Below, piece by piece: positions 48,301-64,000 of a stretch of DNA of 64,000 nt (its first letter is position 1; each line of letters opens with the position of its first letter). The position numbers and the translations under genes were made by a program. This stretch comes from Marsupella aquatica. Its lineage: Eukaryota; Plantae; Marchantiophyta. The notes under the pieces were generated by a model. That model made no database searches. It was not told where the DNA came from and saw only the letters and a list, made by a program, of their open reading frames with translations. Location: the NCBI GenBank assembly GCA_973895155.1, contig OZ316896.1:1860001-1924000 (forward strand), written 5' to 3'.

Positions 48301-51300
48301 TACTTGTAACTTGTCCTCAGGGGACGCAACACAAAGTGTTCCAATCTCAGGGGAAGCAATTGTGCACATTAGCGTTGGCTCACCGGCAGACCACGAGAAC
48401 CTGAAAGAAAGACAGCTGAGCCATAAATTTGCACAGAGTAGTAGCATGCCAGAAGTCTTTGTGAGAACGGGTCAGCATAACAGAGCACGTTCCAAAAACT
48501 TTCTGTTTCTGCTGAGTGCATTCAGTGATGCTAAGGGCGGTGCACATCATGGGGCGCAATCAGTTCTCGACAATCCACAATCGTCAGAACGAAACAAAAT
48601 GTCACTTGCCAGTGTTTTATTAGTCAAGACCATGCTCGGTTTCCAATCAGATGCCTCTCCAGAACAGAAGAAAGTCGCAGCCGGCCTGACCCTTAAGCAA
48701 GGTTCCCCTTGTCACCTCTCTTGCATCTCTGGCATGAATCTGGAAGTGGTGGAAGGACCACTTCTCAAATCACTGACGTGGTTGCAAGGGCCGGCTTCAG
48801 AAGCTCTTGGGAGTAAGTTGATCAGGCATGACTCCCGCAATTTTCGTAATGCCCATCGTAACGCATTCCCTGTCGTGTACCCAGCATATCCTGCAAAGGC
48901 TTTGCCTATATCCCTGCACCACTACAAAGGATCGCAAGGCCACTCTTTGATTGTATCATCTCAATTCATACTATGCGCTTGAAAATGGAATCCATGATTC
49001 GAGAGGGATAATTATGGGGTATTGAAAATGGAATCCATGATTCTAGAGGGATAATTATGGGGTACAGTGATACAACGTTTACGTACGAGCTGTGTAATCT
49101 GTTGCTTGTCTCTCTTAATACACAGGGCTGAAGGTATTGCTATCTCCTACATTACGAAACCAATTGAAACAGCTTGGTACTCCTCTTCCTGGATCTGTGC
49201 TACTTCATGGACCCCCAGTAAGTTTGACGTTAATTTATTCTGCCTCGCTATCTCGGTGGCACCATATGCTGTATTTGCTATTTAACTTGCAGGCTGGTGT
49301 GTTACAGAATCTAATGCCACCGGGAAGCATGAACGAGACAATGTGATAGTACTCGTTATATATCTGGAAATCTGCTCGTGTTTTTGGTGGCTGATCTGAA
49401 CATCAAGATTTCTGTTTTGTTTAAAAGAGCAATTACGTTGGTGGTTTCAACCTACGGTAGTAGATGTTGCATTGGCAATTGTAAATTCTCGTTTCTTTAG
49501 TACTTTTTGAAAATGGAGAAAGTTGACTCTGGAGAGGCCCATTTACAGGCCTGTGGCAAAACACAGCTAGCGTTGGCACTTGCACGAGAGTTGCAGGACG
49601 ATGAGAGTGTGCTCTCCCACAGGTACTTCTTCCCCTCATCTTACTGTCCAAGAATTTTTTGTCGCAAATGTCTTGCCTGTCACGAGTTATTTGATGAGTG
49701 GAATTAAAGTATGAATTATGAGTCGACTATCTTCCCCACCTTTTCTAGGAAATGATCTTTTTAAGTGACCCCTCAACTTACAGTACAGCTGTGCGTTGTA
49801 GGGTGTTGGTGAGATGTTCTGACCTAGTTGGAGAGCAAGCCATGGTGATTAGAAGAGTGCTGCAGGACGCAGTACAAGAAGCCATGCACTATGCACCATC
49901 TTTGATCATGCTTGATGACTTAGATGTGCTTCTTCCAGCAGCTGAATCTGAAGGTCCAGAGCCAGGCATCGCAGTACTGTCAATTGCCGAATTTCTAGCA
50001 GACCTCATTGACATTTGTCAGGTAAGAGAGCTGAGATGGGTGGATAGAGCCCATCATACAGTTTTCCGAGACAAAATTGTCAACGGTGGGTGATAATGTA
50101 TCGTATTCCTTAAGTAAAGATGTGGTTCTGTGCCAGGGTCGTCGGAACAATGAATTTGTACAAGCAGCGGTTGCGTTTCTGGCGGTGGCGAAGTCATCAA
50201 CAGCACTTCCAGCCTGTCTGTGCCTCTCAGGTCTGAACATGTTCGTCGTTCATTTCAAATTTATTATTCGTTTTTGTTTCGGTGGGCACCCACATACCAT
50301 ACTCAAAACACCAGCCCACATGTGCTTGAAATCAAACATAGGATGACGGCGTGCGTAACCTTGATTATCTTACCAGACTTCTTATAGTCGTTTTGGGCGT
50401 TGCAATTATTTTCCTCTTAAAAAGTTTTTGTGCCCTCCAACTCCCTACAAAGAGTATTAGAATGATTTGATTCGTATTCTTGGGCAAATTATTATGTTGT
50501 GGTCTGCTTTACATTGCAAACTTTTGTAAAAGCTGCCAACTATAGTTATTGAAAGAACTAGTCAGGATAGTACATCCCTGACCTTCATTTCTGGCTAAGC
50601 TTTGAATCTCCGAGCTAGGCTCAGCAAACATAGTTAAAGATTGCATCGAGTCTGGGGATCGACGTGTTCTCGAACAAGCCCTTTCAAAAATGGTCTCTGT
50701 AAGCTCTCCTTGCAGGACTATTGACATCCTCATATCTCCTGAGTACTTCAATCAGCTTGTAATTCGCACAATACAGTCAAATCCGGGTCATTCGTCAGCA
50801 TCGCGAGCGTTGTATGTCGATTTAAGGCCTCGTCAGTATTGACCCTTACTCTTTGGATTGGCAGGAAGGTTTGACTTTCATGTGCAGTTGACTGCCCCTG
50901 CAACCACTGAAAGGGCAGCCATACTCGACCAGATCGTCACATCTCGTGGGTTGAGATGCTCTAAGTCTGTCGCAGCTAAGGCTGCAGCCAATTGTGAAGG
51001 TGCAGATGCCTCAGACATGGTAACGTGTCGTACATCCTGCTAATTGCCCACAATTCCATTTGGCCAGTCGAGTTTGTTCATAGAAGTTCGTTTCGGTGGT
51101 GAAATATTTGAAGCGCAAAGGACGTTGAGTCGTTTCGATATAGATTGAGCGTTTGTCTAGAGATGGTTTGACAGTCAGGGTTGTTCTGCTCTGTTAGGGG
51201 TTTCAAAACCCGCTCGAATAAAACTCTGGAAATAACTCTAAAACCCAACAACAGAAAAACTAAACAGCCCCCGTTAATGCGATGAAAGCCCAGCAAAATT

Positions 51301-54032
51301 GACAAATTCGTCGTTTGTTTTCAAGTACAGGAACTCTTGCTGGATAGAGCAGTGCATGCTGCTGCCAGTCGATTTTTATCGGGGGCACAGGAACAGCAGC
51401 CGAGTCAAGCAGCCGCAACTGAGGAGGTTCATGTGGGTAATGGTCAACAGCAGACCTTGAGAAATAGGAATGGCCTAGGACATGAACAAGCACCGAGGCA
51501 TTTACAGAGCACACGATTTGAACTCCTGGATCAAGACTTCAATGTTGCCTTGAAGGAGTTTGTCCCACTAGCTATGAGAGGTATCACAAAGGCTGGAACT
51601 CAAGTAGCCAGTCTTGGGTGGGACGATGTTGGGGGTCTGTATGAGACTCGAGTGGCTCTACAAGAGGTATTGGACAAACTGTTTTTGTATACTTGTAGTG
51701 ATCTTTAGCAGACAAGGGCCCTGGTTAGCTCATTTTAGAATGTCGTGCGTTTCCTCTACATAATTTGGTCATATTATCGTTTTGAGTAGGAGCTTGCATT
51801 CTTGACGGTTGATCCCTTTCTTATCTCATGTCCGGGAATGTTTCTCATGTATTTCTTTGTTCATCAAAATCATGTTCCACATTGTGTGTTGATTTCCATT
51901 GTCCAGATGCTGGAGATGCCTGTGAAGTATAGCAAAATATTTGAACAAGCACCCTTGAGACTTCGAACTGGGGTTCTTCTTTATGGACCTCCAGGTTGTG
52001 GAAAGACCCACATCGTTGGGGCTGCTGCTGCAGCCTGTTCTCTCCGCCTCATATCTGTGAAGGGCCCAGAGCTGTTGAATAAGTACATCGGTGCTTCTGA
52101 GCAAGGGGTAAGTAAATTACTTATTGGTGAGGTGGCTTCTAGATCGTGTTTCATTTAGATCATCTACCTCGCATTTTTCGGGTCTCAGGGGAGGTTTGCT
52201 TTCAGTTCCATTCATGCGTGCAGTTGTGGAACAACGGGGCCTGTTTTTTCTGAAGCACTGGTGGGATCTTCAAGCCGTTCTAGACCAGTATCACGTTTGG
52301 AACCCAGTGCGAAGGAAGGGACATACGCTGGTGAACTAGATCAATGTCTAAAGTAGGGTATTGCAGACTTTCACCAATCAATGATGTATCTAAGTGGGTG
52401 GATCCTGGCAGGTGCGAGATGTGTTTGCCAGGGCAACAGCAGCAGCACCATGCATCCTTTTCTTTGATGAGTTTGATGCCATTGCCCCCCAGCGAGGGCA
52501 TGACAATACAGGGGTCACAGACCGAGTTGTAAACCAGGTGTAAATCTACCTCATGTGATATGTTGTGCTTGGTCTTAGACTGCCAACAATCTCGTTAGAA
52601 TGCATTAAGATGCCAAGCAGCAATGAATGATCATCTAAAATTTTTTCTGCTTAGTTCAGAATGCCGAGATGAAACTGGACAGTTAATTTTCAAGGTTCTC
52701 GTCTTAGGGAAGTATATTTTTCGTTGAATTGAAGGTTGCGTAGTAACAGATGGAAATTGTGGGTACATTGAGTTTGTGTTTGCAGCTTTTGACAGAATTG
52801 GATGGAGTGGAAGCTCTCAATGGAGTTTTTGTGTTTGCTGCCACCAGGTTTGCGCACTTTCGATCGATGGAGAGCATGTCACGTTCCAGTGGATCCAATC
52901 TGAAAGCTGTGGAAGTTCTGTGTATCCACTTTGTTTACTTCCTTCACAAATATCATTTAAAAAATGGCTGTTACAAACTCTCTCCTATAAAGTAATATTG
53001 TTAAATTTGCCATATGTGTATTATGTAGCTTATCGTTCCCGTTGGCCCTTGTTCAGTCGGCCAGATCTGCTAGATGCGGCACTTCTGAGGCCTGGGCGAC
53101 TTGACCGCCTGTTAATCTGTGACTTCCCGTCTGTGAGGGCGCGTTCTGAAATTTTAGAAGTTCTCGCACGAAAGGTACGTTGTCGCATTCCCACCATTTC
53201 ACTATTATAATCGGCGTGGCCGGGGCCTCATAGCTTTGTGTGAGGGTGCCAAAGGGTGTTAATGGGCGTGAGATTTCAGTTTCCTTAGTGCCCATTCGTT
53301 GCATCCTCAGCCGTCCTTCTCATCCATTTAAGGGCATTCGTTGTCGATACTATTATGCTTGTCAGAAGCTACGGTGACCATTGACACTTAAGGTGACCTA
53401 GAGTTACACTGATTCACCTCATTTTTATGTTGCAGCTCCCTCTAGCAAATGATGTTGACTTGGATGAAGTGGCATCTTTAACCGAAGGTTTCAGCGCTGC
53501 GGACTTGCAAGCTGTTCTCTCAGATGCGCAGCTGGAGTCAGTCCACACATTTCTGGAAAGGACCAAGCAAGGGGTCCAGGATAATCAGACCGGAAAGCCT
53601 ATCATTACAATGACTCAGCTACGAGAGACAGCCATTAATGCTAGGCCATCTGTACCAGATAATGAACGGCGACGACTCTATGGGATCTATGATGCTTTCA
53701 TTGGTGCCAAGAGGTCCCTCTCATCAAAGGTATTCCAAGAATCGGTCCTTAGCATTGCTATTCGTCCATGCCAAATGCCTGCTAGCTGAAAATTCTCTAA
53801 AACTAGTAGGTGAGCAATTTTTTCACAATCGAACTTCCTTAGGAAACTTGCAAAACATATCTCCCGGCTTCGATCTGATTTGAGGTCAAGAAGGAGTCAA
53901 TTCATTCAAGGAGAGGGAATATGTGAGCTCTCATGGGGAGGCTAGGAAATTGTGTGGATTCTTAACCTTCTCCTAATCGTGTTTGTTTTTTGGCAGAGAG
54001 ATGTTAAAGGCAAGAGAGCCACTCTTGCTTGA
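45386..54032 (+). CDS. PEX1: Peroxin 1, peroxisomal AAA+ ATPase, about 1226 aa, 17 exons
   Basis: Exons 45386-45589, 45705-45878, 46321-46416, 47075-47618, 47958-48812, 49126-49217, 49549-49622, 49802-50021, 50137-50230, 50865-51019, 51331-51666, 51907-52107, 52412-52537, 52786-52847, 53057-53174, 53436-53729, 53997-54032. Motifs [24 protein letters not shown]1 GPPACGKT/LDDLD, D2 [23 protein letters not shown] and C-terminal KRATLA. Confidence 0.93.
46748..46851. repeat. Intronic tandem duplication, 2 x about 52 bp (PEX1 intron 3)
   Basis: ggagccctatttacttatc..attga.tctcccttaacgtagattttattgc occurs twice. Confidence 0.85.
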
Positions 54033-55220
54033 AGATTAAGCAGTTTTGGGGAAAAGGATAAGATTTCAAGGACTATGAGCACCAAGACAGCCCATCTTTG
54101 GCAGAATTGAAGAAAAAATTGCTTCAGATGTTCTATGTGTGATGACTATCACGTAATTGATTCTTCTCATTAATGTAAATAATTGAGATCGGAGCCGATT
54201 ACTCGTTCGGCTCCTGACGTTTTTGCCTTCAAGCCTGAGTTTTGTTCCCCTAGCTGTCTAATTTGGCGACCTGCAGAGATGAGGATTTTACTCAGCTAAC
54301 TAGGAGCCGGGACCTTGCGTAGTCCGCAGGGAAGCTGAAGATGTCTTGGAGCAGAGCTTAAAGTGTTGTGTTTATAGTATTTTCTGAGCGATCAAGCTCT
54401 GATTTCGAGGCTTGAGAGATCGAGTGAAAGTGATTGTCTTGATATGCACCAGTCGATTCGCCCTTCTTTTTGGCTCTTCCAATTTCCTTGCTGTAGAAAG
54501 TGTAGACGTCGTGCGGACAATAGTGACTGCTTCGCGTAGAAGTTATGTAAGAACGACAGTTGAAGCAATTGTACTCTCTAAATTAGAAGTGAGACCAATA
54601 GTGATAGAAGTCGGATGGAATGAATTCCAACAGCCGTAAGGCACAATTCACTGCATCAATCCAACAGGACTTGGCTCTATCCAGCATAACGATCTCATTC
54701 ATATCTGAAAGTTATCACTCTCTAAGCGAGAGACGCTTCGTATCGTGACTTATCCTGTTCCCGGCATGTTGAGCCATTCGTTACAGTGAAATAATTTCAG
54801 GGTCTAATTACCTCAATCTCTTGGATTGTCTTGGAATTGGGATTGTCTCGATCCTCAATCGACGGAATTGAAATCGACAGGAATGTCCCCTACATCGATC
54901 GCTCCCGTTCCCCTTCCTGTACAGCTAGCGGCGTGGTGAGAATGGAATTCTGGTTCATCGCGCCTTTCCCTTATAAAATCTCATGCGAGTCAAGCTTGAT
55001 TTAGCGGTCCTCGGAAGACAATCCAAGGATCTTTTGTGGGATTCACGTGATAGAAAGAGGGCTGATCATCTTCTGCTATGACTCCGACATCACCGGTCCT
55101 CAGCCCTACTAACCCAGACGTTCTTCAGGGTCGCAAGACAGCTCTGAATCCTCACCCCTGAACGCACTGAGAATGGCCCCGGTGAGGACACTTCCCCTAG
55201 ACGCACTGCGAATGCCAAGT

Positions 55221-55235
55221 TTTCGGGAAACTTCA
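55221..55235. promoter_or_regulatory. Perfect three-unit heat-shock element upstream of HSP90
   Basis: tTTCggGAAacTTCa matches nTTCnnGAAnnTTCn, about 1.2 kb upstream of the HSP90 ATG. Confidence 0.55.
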
Positions 55236-56441
55236 TGTCGCGCAAGGTTGTCAACTTGCAAACTACAATGTGCGTTCTAGTCCTCATCGAGCCACAGTAA
55301 TAATCTTCCGTCTCCTGATGTGTCTATTCGTCTGGCTCTGAACTTTTGCCTACCGTAAGACTTGAGTTTACCTCGCGAAAAATGGAAGACTGGTCCCTCC
55401 CGTATGATCCAGACTCCAGACCTGTGAGCAACGAGGTCCCGTTGGTTTCCCATTGAACGATGATACCACTCGACGGGAGCAATGAGTTCTGACTTCACAC
55501 TGAAAAGATGATGGCACAGGACGCAAATCAGTTCAACAGAAAAGTTATCCAAAGCAAATAATTTCGGAATCGTGAACTCCAAATTCCTCCAATGTGTTGT
55601 AACAAAGTCTGTGTGTCAAGATCAATTCGATCCACCAATTGGTTCCAAAGCCCCTCACAACATGTGTGCAATGTGCGTCCGTGTCGCCCTGAATCCTCAC
55701 GTACTGTACCTTCCCGCTCTACCTGCATTCGATTCCCTGTGAACGACCCGACCGACGGCGGGTAAGGCAAAGCGGGGAGTGGAAAAGGGTGTCTGGGCAC
55801 CGTCGATTAGTTGACAGTTATTAAATCGGACGCAGCAAGACGCAGAAAACGAGTTCCCGTACCTTGAAGCACTCGGACTTGCCGTTCTTTCCCTTCCCAG
55901 TTCCCATCCTCCTCTTCATCATCGTGGAGCTTGCATCGAGACTTGCTTTCCCTGTTGCTTGCAGCCATTTCTTCGTTCTGCCCCCGCACATTCGTCGGGT
56001 ACTGGACCTGCTTCAGCCTGATTCTTCTCGCGCTAGGAAGATTTCCGGTCTGGACTGATTGGTCGGCCTTTTTGCAGGTGTTGTCGGAGAATGCGTGCAG
56101 CCGTTTGGCTGTAATTGTCGATATCATCCCCTGACTTGCTGAACTGAAAGCGCTTCTATTTCTTCGTATCTCGATTACGGTTGTCCTAGAAGCGGGAAGA
56201 AACGAAGTACTCCTTTTCTTGATTGCTCTTTTCGACGATAAAGCGTTGCTTCTTAAGACGTACTGCACCATGCATGCGCCTCGCGGATTGTGAGGGAAGT
56301 ATAGGAAGCAAGAAAACAGAAGATTCTTGTTGTGGAGACTGAGCAAGAAGTAAGACGGTGAAGCTTGAGCTCGCGGAAGAGTGCTTTGAAACCGTTTCAT
56401 TGAAGGCTGTTTATCTTTGTCATCCTGCTTCTTCGGATTAG

Positions 56442-63826
<7,385 letters not shown>

Positions 63827-64000
63827 AGAGTATTTTGAAGCAATTCGGAATCCACCTGGTCTGTCTGTGCAATAAGTGTTCTTCTGAAGAGATTAGCAGG
63901 CAGGTGGTTAGTCAATCAGTCACCAACGTAGCTACCCAAGGCAAAATTTAGTATCTTCTGGGAAGTGTCTGCGAATCTATTTGTGATCAGCAGACGCTGC

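Overview
Eukaryotic, intron-rich land-plant nuclear DNA. A bryophyte/liverwort-like source is an inference from gene content and long UTRs, not a certainty. Seven protein-coding genes were reconstructed by hand from GT-AG exon chains: an intronless Ig-like + SGNH/PC-esterase protein (+, open at the window start), a MIF/D-DT-like gene (-), a UBP22-type deubiquitinase (-), WDR48/UAF1 (LRS1-like, +), a GT17/MGAT3-like glycosyltransferase (+), PEX1 (+) and an unusually intron-rich cytosolic HSP90 (+). Intergenic DNA holds a decayed Ty1/copia element with both LTRs, a 250-bp non-autonomous Helitron, three MITE-like elements, several remnants of one probable non-LTR retroelement family upstream of genes, and many short tandem duplications. 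The most notable signals are four related box C/D snoRNA-like units in HSP90 intron 3, and a WDR48 exon whose first bases regenerate a consensus 5' splice site. No prokaryotic features (CRISPR, operons) were seen.
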